This document shows, piece by piece, positions 1 to 8,510 of a stretch of 64,000 bases of DNA. Numbering within the stretch: the stretch's first letter is position 1; every line of letters begins with the position of its first letter. This DNA comes from a virus (taxonomy: Duplodnaviria > Caudoviricetes): the IMG/VR virus record IMGVR_UViG_3300011335_000457, positions 1-64,000 of that record; one strand, given 5' to 3'. The translations under genes and the position numbers were made by a program. The notes under the pieces were generated by a model that did not search any database, was not told the DNA's origin, and was given only the letters and a program-made list of their open reading frames with translations.

Positions 1-224
1 TTCATATCATCAAAACTATATCCGGACTCTTTTGCAAGTTCTCTTATACAAGCATGTACCTTTGCAAGTTGTGCTTTACTATGATCTGCATCAGCTAGAT
101 CTATATACATTTCCAATTTTTGATTTTCTGGAAGTTTACTTACAAAAATGTCATAAGCCAGTTTTGACTTCTCATCTTCATATGTAATTTTTCCATTTTT
201 CTTGATCATTTTTATTGTAATCAT
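1..224 (-). CDS. NinB-like protein, truncated at window edge
   Basis: Hand translation from ATG 224: MITIKMIKKNGKITYEDEK...HSKAQLAKVHACIRELAKESGYSFDDM; S-x2-Q...H...I..LA...GY pattern resembles NinB-family proteins. Confidence 0.45.
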   Translation of the reverse strand, partial: MITIKMIKKNGKITYEDEKSKLAYDIFVSKLPENQKLEMYIDLADADHSKAQLAKVHACIRELAKESGYSFDDM

Positions 225-268
225 GTTTTTTATTTGTATATTAATAATGAGTGGTTTAACATAAACAT

Positions 269-1282
269 ATGGCTAATAAAAGAAAAGTAACTACAAACAT
301 CATATTCCAATATCTTACTGATTACCCAAACAGCCCATCCAGAACTATTGCTAGAAAAATTTATAATGAAAATTCTGGGTTTTTCTTTAATACTGAATCT
401 GTATATGGTAGGGTCCGTTACTACAGAGGTCAAATGGGTGATGGGTGCAGAAAAAGGATAACACATCAAGGTTTTATTAAAGAATTAAAAAACAAAAATA
501 TGAATATGGAACATAATTTACCAGAATCTCATACAAAAAAAAGAGATAAATTTACTTTTCCCCTATTATGTAAAACTCTTGGAGTATTTGGTGATGTTCA
601 CATACCATATCATGACAATGATGCTCTAGAAGTAATGTTTACTAAGTTTGAAGAAGAAGAAGTTGATAGCATACTTATAAATGGTGACTTACTAGATTTT
701 TACCAATTATCTTTTCATGAAAAAGATCCAAGAAATGTTCACTTCAAACAAGAAATAGAATCTGGTAAAGAATTCTTAAGCTACATTAGAAACAGATTCC
801 CAGATATTCCTATTTACTTTATACCAGGTAATCATGAGAATAGATTTGAAAGATACCTTAGAATTAAAGCATCAGAACTATTAGACATAGATGAGTTCAG
901 ACTTGATGTAATATTACATCTTGCTAAATATAAAGTAGAATACTTAAACTTCAGAAGTAAAGTTGTCTTTGGAAACTACACTATAGAACATGGAGATAAA
1001 ATTCCAGGTGCTGGTGGTGTAGTTCCCGCAAGAACATTATTAATGAAACTCAAATCTAATGCAATAGTAAACCACTTTCATAAGTCCAGTGAAAGCATCC
1101 AAAGAATATTTGGTGCAGAAGAAAACACAAGCATAAAGGGTTATAGCCTAGGTTGTATGTGTGATCTTGAACCAGAATACATGGAAATTAATGAATGGAA
1201 TCATGGTTTTGCTATAATGAGAAGAACTAATGATCAAGTATCTGTATCTAACTACAAAATAGAAAATAACACTATACTTTAA
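269..1282 (+). CDS. Calcineurin-like metallophosphoesterase with N-terminal extension
   Basis: Motifs GDVHIPYH, INGDLLD, PGNHE, IEHGD, NHFH match metallophosphoesterase motifs I-V. Confidence 0.88.
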   Translation: MANKRKVTTNIIFQYLTDYPNSPSRTIARKIYNENSGFFFNTESVYGRVRYYRGQMGDGCRKRITHQGFIKELKNKNMNMEHNLPESHTKKRDKFTFPLLCKTLGVFGDVHIPYHDNDALEVMFTKFEEEEVDSILINGDLLDFYQLSFHEKDPRNVHFKQEIESGKEFLSYIRNRFPDIPIYFIPGNHENRFERYLRIKASELLDIDEFRLDVILHLAKYKVEYLNFRSKVVFGNYTIEHGDKIPGAGGVVPARTLLMKLKSNAIVNHFHKSSESIQRIFGAEENTSIKGYSLGCMCDLEPEYMEINEWNHGFAIMRRTNDQVSVSNYKIENNTIL

Positions 1283-1569
1283 TGTTTATACCAGTAGTTT
1301 TTAAAGATAAAGATGGTTCTTATATAGAACATATCAATGTAACTCATATAACCAGATTATCATTTGTTAACTCATTAAACCCAGATGCTGGTACAAATAT
1401 TCATTTAAGAACTGGAGAAGTATTAGTAACTCAATCTCCTATGGATGTTATGTCTGAAAGAATAGATAATTCCTGGCAGTGTGCAGCTTCACTAGTAATC
1501 TTCAATGTTATTGCAGAAAAAGCAAAAATGGAAATTGATGAAAATCCCAAAACTGCTAACAAACTATAG
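1282..1569 (+). CDS. Hypothetical protein (weak resemblance to FlbD-like small beta proteins)
   Basis: 95 aa ORF coupled to the upstream stop (TAATG); HINVTHI...T.I.L.TG.VLV pattern. Confidence 0.6.
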   Translation: MFIPVVFKDKDGSYIEHINVTHITRLSFVNSLNPDAGTNIHLRTGEVLVTQSPMDVMSERIDNSWQCAASLVIFNVIAEKAKMEIDENPKTANKL

Positions 1570-1807
1570 TTTTTAGTATTTCTACAAACTCTTTATAGTG
1601 TGCTACATCTCTTATTTTAATAGCAGGAACCTCCCAACATGTTAATGTCCAGTTATTATCTTTAACATCAATACTATCTGTACTGTACAGGACTAAATCA
1701 GCACAAAGTTCCTTTTGATAAAAATAATAATCATATCCATTTTGACTTTCTTTGTTAGTTACAGTAATAACTTCAAAGCCTAATTCAACTAAGTCAGCTT
1801 CTGTCAT
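1556..1807 (-). CDS. Hypothetical phage protein
   Basis: 83 aa ORF in a tightly packed minus-strand run; starts MTEADLVELGF. Confidence 0.7.
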   Translation of the reverse strand: MTEADLVELGFEVITVTNKESQNGYDYYFYQKELCADLVLYSTDSIDVKDNNWTLTCWEVPAIKIRDVAHYKEFVEILKTIVC

Positions 1808-1809
1808 AA

Positions 1810-2232
1810 TTATTGAGTTTTAACTGTGTTTAAAAACATAGAATGATTTAATATCTTAACTGGATAATCTTTTTCCACACCAGTATAAGCAAAATTAGTT
1901 TTTGTATATATACCATGATCTTTAAGTCTTTGTCCCTTGAAGTTCTTAAGAGCTAAATAAGCTATATTTAAGTTATCTTCATCTTCTGACCCCATCATAT
2001 CACACATGGCTTCAATTTGTTCCTGTGACATATAACCCATTTCTTTTAATAACTGCATCTCTGCCATAAATATAAAAGGTTTATAATTACCATCATTAGT
2101 GCCACTTTTATACATATACCATAAATAATTAAGATTGGAATCATTACCTTTTGTTATTTGATAATGTTCATCAACTATTTCTATAACAAACTGTTTAAAA
2201 TCCGGTGCATTTTTTAGTGATGTTAGTCTCAT
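1810..2232 (-). CDS. Hypothetical phage protein
   Basis: 140 aa ORF; C-terminal SEDEDNLNIAYLAL motif resembles SEDQDNFNIAILAI in 32420..32683. Confidence 0.7.
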   Translation of the reverse strand: MRLTSLKNAPDFKQFVIEIVDEHYQITKGNDSNLNYLWYMYKSGTNDGNYKPFIFMAEMQLLKEMGYMSQEQIEAMCDMMGSEDEDNLNIAYLALKNFKGQRLKDHGIYTKTNFAYTGVEKDYPVKILNHSMFLNTVKTQ

Positions 2233-2666
2233 ACTTTATCTATTTTTTTACATACTTCTTTTGATATATTATCTAATTCCTTAGTAAAACTACCATATAT
2301 CCTAAAACTATCATATTTCCATTTCATATCAGTAATCATAATACCCTTGGTTATTTTACTATATTTACAGGATAAGTAATAGTTTCTCATTCTTACAACA
2401 CTGTTATCATTACCAAAGAGTTTAAGTAATCTTAAGTAAAACTTAGGACACCACTTAGGACGTGCTACTTTATCTACCTCTTTAAAGAAATCTAAAAGTA
2501 TAGTTCCAACAAATGTTTTAGGTGTATAATAAGCATATCCTAAATATGAGTACTCTTCTCCTTTTTTAGGAAAAAAACAATCAATTACATCTCCCACACT
2601 TATATCACGAGTATGTACTGGACCAGATTTAGCAGGTTTACCCTTACTTATAATTATTCTTCTCAT
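2229..2666 (-). CDS. Hypothetical phage protein
   Basis: 145 aa ORF with 4-nt overlap to neighbour. Confidence 0.65.
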   Translation of the reverse strand: MRRIIISKGKPAKSGPVHTRDISVGDVIDCFFPKKGEEYSYLGYAYYTPKTFVGTILLDFFKEVDKVARPKWCPKFYLRLLKLFGNDNSVVRMRNYYLSCKYSKITKGIMITDMKWKYDSFRIYGSFTKELDNISKEVCKKIDKV

Positions 2667-2667
2667 A

Positions 2668-3048
2668 CTACTGTGTTTTTCTATATTCTATTTCTTTTTT
2701 AATCAAATCTATGTGCCAATTAGCACCACCATAATCAACTACTGCTTCTAAGTAATCATCATCCATATCACATATTGCAATCCAAGATAATGGTTGTTGT
2801 CCATCCTTACCTCTACTCCCTCGTGTGGCAAATTTCCGTACAATCTCATAGTCATCATCAGCATAGATTTCTACAGGTTTAACCTTACTCATGTCCTTAC
2901 CACCATACCTCATGTAATCTAATCCACCATCTACCATAGTTTCATTAGGACATCCGCATAGCTGGTAGTCATGTCTTGTTCTAGAAACTATTGTCTCACC
3001 ACATTCTAAGCATTCTACTGCATTATAAACTAACTGTCTCATTTCCAT
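2668..3048 (-). CDS. Conserved phage Cys/His (probable zinc-binding) protein
   Basis: NAVECLECGETIVSRTRHDYQLCGCPNETMVDGGLDYMRYGG, a widespread phage motif (CxxC...HD..C.C...VDGG). Confidence 0.75.
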   Translation of the reverse strand: MEMRQLVYNAVECLECGETIVSRTRHDYQLCGCPNETMVDGGLDYMRYGGKDMSKVKPVEIYADDDYEIVRKFATRGSRGKDGQQPLSWIAICDMDDDYLEAVVDYGGANWHIDLIKKEIEYRKTQ

Positions 3049-3193
3049 ATTATATGTTTTTAAATATATTCAAAGCAAAAAGTACTAATTTATATGCATT
3101 TAAATATAAAAAAGTTAATGCATATTATGTTATGCATAATCGGAAAAAAACCTACTTAATACATAATATATTACACATTAAGTAGGTTATATT

Positions 3194-3445
3194 TTATTCC
3201 ATTTGTAAGTTGTAATCAGTTAAGATCTCCCGGATCCTATCTCTAATTCTATCAGCTACATCAACTTCCGCTGTTGTAGCTTCATCATTTGACTCTAGTA
3301 TACTCCGGCCATACTTAGTAGTATTCCTAAGTTCTTGATCAAGATCCCACATAGCTAGTTTCCACTTGTATCCTTCTAGTGCATCTTTAATTTCAGTAGC
3401 TTCTTCTACTGAATCAAATTCCAATATTACTTTTCCCATATTCAT
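3194..3445 (-). CDS. Hypothetical phage protein
   Basis: 83 aa ORF; GYKWKLAMWDLDQELR motif. Confidence 0.7.
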   Translation of the reverse strand: MNMGKVILEFDSVEEATEIKDALEGYKWKLAMWDLDQELRNTTKYGRSILESNDEATTAEVDVADRIRDRIREILTDYNLQME

Positions 3446-3819
3446 TAATTTTTAGATTTTAGTTCTTTAAGGTAAGCTACCATATCTTCTATTGTCATCT
3501 TTTTAGGTAAAACATACTCTTCCTTTTCTAACCTACATTTTTCCATAGTTTCCCATAGTGAATCAAAATCATAACAAAGAGGATTACCATCTGCATCTGT
3601 AGCTTGATCTAGAGAACCCTCAGGATCTCTTTCATAAAGATACCAACTTAACCAATCTTCTCCCTCTTCTCCATAATATACTTTAAGTAAAGTAGTAATT
3701 ACTTTATGATGTGAGTCTAGAAAGTTAGTAATATCAATATCTAGTTCATATAACTTTTGATTCTTAATCTCCTGTTCTTTCAGTTGATCCAAAATGTACT
3801 TAAAAATTTCCTTAGTCAT
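3445..3819 (-). CDS. Hypothetical phage protein
   Basis: 124 aa ORF coupled to both neighbours. Confidence 0.7.
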   Translation of the reverse strand: MTKEIFKYILDQLKEQEIKNQKLYELDIDITNFLDSHHKVITTLLKVYYGEEGEDWLSWYLYERDPEGSLDQATDADGNPLCYDFDSLWETMEKCRLEKEEYVLPKKMTIEDMVAYLKELKSKN

Positions 3820-4088
3820 CCTCTTATAAATTTAAACATTGCTTGTAATTTCTCATGTTCTTCTATTACCCACTCTGGAGTAAATACAGCACCATGATGC
3901 TGATACCTAACTATTGTATGTACATTAAATTCATAAGTTATATCAACTACCCAGAAATGACGATAACTTTGTCTAAAGTGAACTTTTACACCATCTTTAT
4001 CAGAGTATACATGATGATCTTTAGGATTTCTATAAAACCCATACTTTACAAGCTTCTTACCTATTAGTTCTGTATCTCTGAGTGTCAT
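3816..4088 (-). CDS. Hypothetical phage protein
   Basis: 90 aa ORF with 4-nt overlaps. Confidence 0.65.
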   Translation of the reverse strand: MTLRDTELIGKKLVKYGFYRNPKDHHVYSDKDGVKVHFRQSYRHFWVVDITYEFNVHTIVRYQHHGAVFTPEWVIEEHEKLQAMFKFIRG

Positions 4089-4270
4089 ACATCTTCTTTA
4101 TCTAAATGACAATCATAACATAATACTGGAAATCCTGCAGGACTTTCATCTGCTGGCATATACATTTTATCACCTGTTGCTTGGACATATACTTCTTCTT
4201 TTGGATCTAAGTATACACCACATATAGCACAGTATTCTCCATTATCCATTTTATCACTAATTTCTCCCAT
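4085..4270 (-). CDS. Small zinc-ribbon protein
   Basis: CAICG...LCYDC, two CxxC pairs. Confidence 0.65.
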   Translation of the reverse strand: MGEISDKMDNGEYCAICGVYLDPKEEVYVQATGDKMYMPADESPAGFPVLCYDCHLDKEDV

Positions 4271-4276
4271 ATTATT

Positions 4277-4525
4277 TTAATTTTCAATGAAACAATCATC
4301 AAGAGCAATCCTCAACCAATCCTTAAATGATAAGAGATACAATGTTCTTGATACTTCAATCAGTTGACCATCTTTGGTAACTTTTCTCCATGCATTACCT
4401 GTCTTTACAAAACATGCTGGAGCATTATTATATCTTAAGAAAGAAATTAGTTGTCTTTCATCAGCAGGTGCTTTATCAGGATTCACATTAATAATGTTAT
4501 TCCTCCACCAAATTTGTGTTACCAT
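4277..4525 (-). CDS. Hypothetical protein
   Basis: Internal start MVTQIWWRNN chosen to limit overlap with the upstream zinc-ribbon ORF. Confidence 0.55.
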   Translation of the reverse strand: MVTQIWWRNNIINVNPDKAPADERQLISFLRYNNAPACFVKTGNAWRKVTKDGQLIEVSRTLYLLSFKDWLRIALDDCFIEN

Positions 4526-4661
4526 TTTCTTTAGGTGGAAAATAAGTTCCACATTCATTACATAAATACTCTTCTACTGGTCTTTCTTTTTTACTCCAAT
4601 CATAATTAGTATGAATGTTTTCACATTCACCACATTTTGGACAACATTCTTCTTCTGCCAT
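4497..4661 (-). CDS. Small zinc-ribbon protein (not in ORF track)
   Basis: Hand translation MAEEECCPKCGECENIHTNYDWSKKERPVEEYLCNECGTYFPPKENGNTNLVEE; CPKC and CNEC. Confidence 0.65.
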   Translation of the reverse strand: MAEEECCPKCGECENIHTNYDWSKKERPVEEYLCNECGTYFPPKENGNTNLVEE

Positions 4662-4662
4662 A

Positions 4663-5022
4663 TTATTTAATTTTAAGTATTTCTCTTACAAGGAACTGGA
4701 TTAGATAAGCATACACCTCTTCTGTCTCAAACCCTGGTTGTACTCCTATTTTATTAAGAACAGAATATGCTGCATGGTATGCTTCATGAGCTACCAAACC
4801 AAGTGTATCAGGTTCCTTTTTAATTTTACCTCTAAACCTAACTATTACAAAACCATCACTATGTGTCACAGTTCTAGCATCTGATTTCCAATCATCAAAT
4901 GCTAGATCAAATTGTTCTCTTGTAAACCTGTGACAAAGACAATCATATAGTTGGTCATCAGACTGATTAATAGATACTACTACATCTGTAGAAAACACAT
5001 CTATTGGTACTATCTTAAACAT
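4663..5022 (-). CDS. Minimal HExxH zincin-like metallopeptidase
   Basis: Start MFKIVPIDVF; VAHEAYHAAY...EEVYAYLIQFL. Confidence 0.65.
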   Translation of the reverse strand: MFKIVPIDVFSTDVVVSINQSDDQLYDCLCHRFTREQFDLAFDDWKSDARTVTHSDGFVIVRFRGKIKKEPDTLGLVAHEAYHAAYSVLNKIGVQPGFETEEVYAYLIQFLVREILKIK

Positions 5023-5023
5023 C

Positions 5024-5191
5024 CTATTCTGATTTAATTTTATCTTCAATTTTGCACAAATGTGCTCTAATCTCACTGTATAAACAGAGACCCAGTGCCA
5101 TAAACATTGAGTCTTTTTTATCTGTGTATAAGAATACAACTGTTAATATGCCAAATACAACTGCCAATATGTTATGCAATTTTCTACCCAT
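5024..5191 (-). CDS. Small membrane protein ending KSE (not in ORF track)
   Basis: MGRKLHNILAVVFGILTVVFLYTDKKDSMFMALGLCLYSEIRAHLCKIEDKIKSE; bounded by junction repeats at both ends. Confidence 0.65.
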   Translation of the reverse strand: MGRKLHNILAVVFGILTVVFLYTDKKDSMFMALGLCLYSEIRAHLCKIEDKIKSE

Positions 5192-5202
5192 CTTATTCTG
5201 AT

Positions 5203-5469
5203 TTATAAATTATCAAATTCTTTTTGTAACTCATCTCTCTCAAGCTCAACTCTGTCTATTTCCTTTATTAACATTTCTATGACAGATCCAAGAGCTTCAT
5301 TTTTTAAATAAAGTTCACATTTTGTTGAGTACATTCCAACATGATAAGTAATTTTAACTTGATTAATTTGACAACAACCTCTTGCATGTTGTAACTTGTT
5401 TAGATATGCAGTAAGTTCATCAATTTTGTCATTTAGCTTCTTAGCTTCTTGAAATTGTTTATTATTCAT
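5203..5469 (-). CDS. Coiled-coil hypothetical protein
   Basis: MNNKQFQEAKKLNDKIDEL...; helical termini. Confidence 0.65.
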   Translation of the reverse strand: MNNKQFQEAKKLNDKIDELTAYLNKLQHARGCCQINQVKITYHVGMYSTKCELYLKNEALGSVIEMLIKEIDRVELERDELQKEFDNL

Positions 5470-5803
5470 CTTGCTGTGGTTTACTCTCAAACTTATGCTT
5501 CATGATTCTTTTAATTAAATCAGCACAATAGTCTACATCATGTAGTGTAATTCTACCTGTTTTAGAGTCTACTTCTGAACAATGGTGTATTACTTGAAAT
5601 ACCCATTTATTAACTTCAGCTAACATGTCTTCTTGTTCTCTGTAAGCTTCATCTAACTTATTCTCTAAATATTCAATAGACTCATTTTTTGCAGCAATTG
5701 CTCTCTCAGCATTTAAAAGATCAAGTTCCATTGGATTATACACTGTAATAACAGGTTCTTTCTCTTTTTTAGGTCTTCCTGCTTTTTTCTTTTCTGTTTT
5801 CAT
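5462..5803 (-). CDS. Hypothetical protein with AT-hook-like N-terminus
   Basis: Start MKTEKKKAGRPKKEK (GRP AT-hook core). Confidence 0.6.
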   Translation of the reverse strand: MKTEKKKAGRPKKEKEPVITVYNPMELDLLNAERAIAAKNESIEYLENKLDEAYREQEDMLAEVNKWVFQVIHHCSEVDSKTGRITLHDVDYCADLIKRIMKHKFESKPQQDE

Positions 5804-5804
5804 A

Positions 5805-6050
5805 TTATTTCTTTTTAAATTGTTCAAACCATTCTTTTTCTGTTGATTTAAAGGTGTAGCCATATTTGCTGTTATAACCTACATTATTTTCACCTTGTCT
5901 AAATGCTTCTCTTAAATCTTCCTCACTATACATTCTTTCTTGTTGCCATTTAGCACCATCTACAAAGCCAAGTCCCCTTGCAGACTTTACAGACGGAGCA
6001 AAATTTTTTACATATTCTTTTGCAGCTTCTTTAATTTTTTCTTCTTTCAT
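5805..6050 (-). CDS. Hypothetical phage protein
   Basis: EAAKEY...GAKWQQERMYSEED...WFEQFKKK, a recurrent Bacteroidota-phage small protein pattern. Confidence 0.7.
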   Translation of the reverse strand: MKEEKIKEAAKEYVKNFAPSVKSARGLGFVDGAKWQQERMYSEEDLREAFRQGENNVGYNSKYGYTFKSTEKEWFEQFKKK

Positions 6051-6241
6051 AACTTCTTTTTTTGTTCTAAATAATCAATAATAAATCCAGCAGCAACTAG
6101 TATATTCATACCAAATGATGCTAATAACTCATATATGTCTTCATAGACATTTACAGACAGGTGTACATGACCTACCATCCAGAATGGTATAGATAAGTTT
6201 TGGCTTATCCATACCACCAGATATTTAATAAAATGGATCAT
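6047..6241 (-). CDS. Small membrane protein
   Basis: Two hydrophobic segments. Confidence 0.65.
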   Translation of the reverse strand: MIHFIKYLVVWISQNLSIPFWMVGHVHLSVNVYEDIYELLASFGMNILVAAGFIIDYLEQKKKL

Positions 6242-6628
6242 TTAGTCAGCATAGACAAACACATCATCAAGTAATTTACCTTTGATAATTTTACCGTATG
6301 CAGTTATTTCTCCAGGTACACCATAACCATTTTGTGCAGTACCTACTAATGATACAAAAACTGTATCTCCAAATTTTTTACTACCATAAAAATTACATGC
6401 TGTAGGTTTAAATGATGCTGAATTCTTACAGTTATACTTTAATTTAGTACACATGCTTTGTACAAAACCTGTGATTTCTTTCTTTCCACTAAGTTTATCC
6501 TCACATAAGTTACTAAATTTTACAGGGCCTTGAAATGTAGTTATATCTACATCAACTTCCCCTTTTTCAGAATTAAAACATGATGTTACTAACATCCCTA
6601 ATACTAATACACTAATTACTTTTTTCAT
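6242..6628 (-). CDS. Predicted lipoprotein
   Basis: MKKVISVLVLGMLVTS-C lipobox. Confidence 0.7.
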   Translation of the reverse strand: MKKVISVLVLGMLVTSCFNSEKGEVDVDITTFQGPVKFSNLCEDKLSGKKEITGFVQSMCTKLKYNCKNSASFKPTACNFYGSKKFGDTVFVSLVGTAQNGYGVPGEITAYGKIIKGKLLDDVFVYAD

Positions 6629-6652
6629 TTTGTTTTTGTTTTTGTTGGTTAA

Positions 6653-7108
6653 TTAATTTTTATTTATAAATTCAAAAGCATCTTTACTACTTGACATCAT
6701 AAACAGATAAGATTCTGAATCACAATATGACTCATTTATTCTTACCTTAAGCAATGAAGCTTTTTTAAAATCATTGGTTGCATCCGGATCTGATGCTAAA
6801 TCCCAAGTAATAAATATATTTTTAGAGTCACTAGACTTGGAACCTGTAAATGCATATTTTTTATTTACACCATCTACAAAAAATACTACATCTACTTTTG
6901 GTTTTTCATCACAATAGTAACTACCTGCAATATAAAATACAACTTTTCCATTTACATTTTCAAGTTTAGCATAGCCATCATTATTTAATGCTGTATATGC
7001 AATCTTGTAAGGCTCATCAAAACCATTATCAATAGTTTTATATGTCCATTGAGCATTAAGAGTTCCTACTGTTAATACTGCTAATACCAAATTAATCACC
7101 TTCTTCAT
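6653..7108 (-). CDS. Predicted secreted/periplasmic protein
   Basis: Signal peptide MKKVINLVLAVLTVGTLNA-Q; WTYKTIDNGFD start of mature domain. Confidence 0.7.
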   Translation of the reverse strand: MKKVINLVLAVLTVGTLNAQWTYKTIDNGFDEPYKIAYTALNNDGYAKLENVNGKVVFYIAGSYYCDEKPKVDVVFFVDGVNKKYAFTGSKSSDSKNIFITWDLASDPDATNDFKKASLLKVRINESYCDSESYLFMMSSSKDAFEFINKN

Positions 7109-7119
7109 TGTTTATTGTT

Positions 7120-7359
7120 TTATTGTTCATTACTTTCTCTGAGGGATTCTTCAAAGATTTTTCCCGCTGCCTGTATCTTTTCAGTCTCTGCTGAATTTTC
7201 AGATTCTCTTCTGAGTGATCTGGTGTTTTCCTGGTATCTTTCATACTCTTGCCAATTACTAATTTCTAGTTCTTTCATTCTTGTTATGTCAGCTATAGTA
7301 GCTTCCTGTGAAATGTCCCCATTCATAATATTAATACAAATTTCTTTCATTTTTCCCAT
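7120..7359 (-). CDS. Hypothetical protein
   Basis: 79 aa ORF, MGKMKEICINIMN. Confidence 0.6.
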   Translation of the reverse strand: MGKMKEICINIMNGDISQEATIADITRMKELEISNWQEYERYQENTRSLRRESENSAETEKIQAAGKIFEESLRESNEQ

Positions 7360-7793
7360 AGTCTCAATGCTTTACTAATTAATTCCTTAACAGCAACGTC
7401 TCTTCTTTTAACATCCTTTGCTATCATATACATATCTAGTTTCTTAAGAGTAGCAGGATCAAGATATGTAATTACACTACTACTTCTTTTGAATGTAGGA
7501 TCTTTTACTTCAGGAAACTTATAGGGAAACTTCATTGCTAACTCAGCTACATTTGCACTAAATGATATGTCTCTGAGTTTTAATAACATAGCTGGTTGAC
7601 TCTTAGAGTGATGTACTGTACATCTCTTCATGTCAAAGTCTCTGGATATGTATTCCTCCACTTCATAATATTTGTAGTACCGTAATGCAATAAGATAGTT
7701 TCTCATATCCATGTGCTGTCTACTTTTCTTTTCCTTAATCTTTGCTCTAACTTCCTTACAAGCTTCAAGTACCTCTTCATAAGTATAATCCAT
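7347..7793 (-). CDS. Putative DNA-binding protein (DnaA domain IV-like HTH plus C-terminal ribbon-helix-helix-like segment)
   Basis: SR...MRNYLIA...ISRDFDMKRCTVHHS resembles the DnaA C-terminal HTH; VITYLDPATLKKLDMY...RDVAVKELISKAL resembles RHH. Confidence 0.5.
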   Translation of the reverse strand: MDYTYEEVLEACKEVRAKIKEKKSRQHMDMRNYLIALRYYKYYEVEEYISRDFDMKRCTVHHSKSQPAMLLKLRDISFSANVAELAMKFPYKFPEVKDPTFKRSSSVITYLDPATLKKLDMYMIAKDVKRRDVAVKELISKALRLWEK

Positions 7794-7795
7794 AA

Positions 7796-7975
7796 CTACA
7801 TGAAAAAAGGAAATAATAGACCTTTAATTTCTGCTACAAAGGGTCCAATAAACAAACTACTTAGGAAACCATGAGTTTGAGCCCATTGAAACCAGAAGTA
7901 AAAAGTAAAGATATGTGCTACAAAGAAGTAGACATAGAAAATTGATACACCAATGATGCCTAAGTTGTCTTTCAT
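7796..7975 (-). pseudogene. Frameshifted small membrane protein
   Basis: MKDNLGIIGVSI in one frame continues as FYVYFFVAHIFTFYFWFQWAQTHGFLSSLFIGPFVAEIKGLLFPFFM in another; one extra T in TCAATTTCTATG restores a single ORF. Confidence 0.5.
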
Positions 7976-7991
7976 AATAAATTTTTTAAGT

Positions 7992-8270
7992 TTAAACTAA
8001 ATCTAAATTTGCTACCAGTTCTTCTGGTTCTTCTTCTCTAAGTACTTGTTGTAAAGATATGATTGGTACAAATCTGTCTGAATTGTAATACTCATAAGGA
8101 AATGATTGTTCTGATAACTGTACTTCTTTAAGTTTATAACCAAATCTACCAGCTTGTAGACCCATTTTACTTATTTCTATAACAGTATAGATTTCACCTT
8201 CTTTGACCCACTCATACGGAGAGATCTTTTTTGGTTTATTTTCAGCATTGATACACACAACTCTTAACAT
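7992..8270 (-). CDS. Conserved hypothetical protein (SH3-like)
   Basis: RVVCINAENKP...VKEGEIYTVIEI...YNSDRF pattern. Confidence 0.65.
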   Translation of the reverse strand: MLRVVCINAENKPKKISPYEWVKEGEIYTVIEISKMGLQAGRFGYKLKEVQLSEQSFPYEYYNSDRFVPIISLQQVLREEEPEELVANLDLV

Positions 8271-8506
8271 AAGTTTTCTAATTCACAGTTAATATCTAGA
8301 TCATCAAATGTACTTTTTAATTCATACATATCCAAATAGTTACCAGATTTTACAGAACATTTTCCTATATTATGTGCTACAACAGCACACTGCTCAGCTT
8401 GTATTGGATCATGTTTACACATTCTAATAAGACAAGCTGTAATATAATCATATGAATTTACATCATCATTATAAATAACTACTTTGTGTGTTTTATTGTC
8501 TTCCAT
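8264..8506 (-). CDS. clpS: ClpS-like N-degron adaptor of ClpAP
   Basis: MEDNKTHKVVIYNDDVNSYDYITACLIRMCKHDPIQAEQCAVVAHNIGKCSV matches Bacteroidota ClpS (L-x-NDD-x-N...H...QAEQC...H..GKC). Confidence 0.85.
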   Translation of the reverse strand: MEDNKTHKVVIYNDDVNSYDYITACLIRMCKHDPIQAEQCAVVAHNIGKCSVKSGNYLDMYELKSTFDDLDINCELENLC

Positions 8507-8510
8507 ATTA

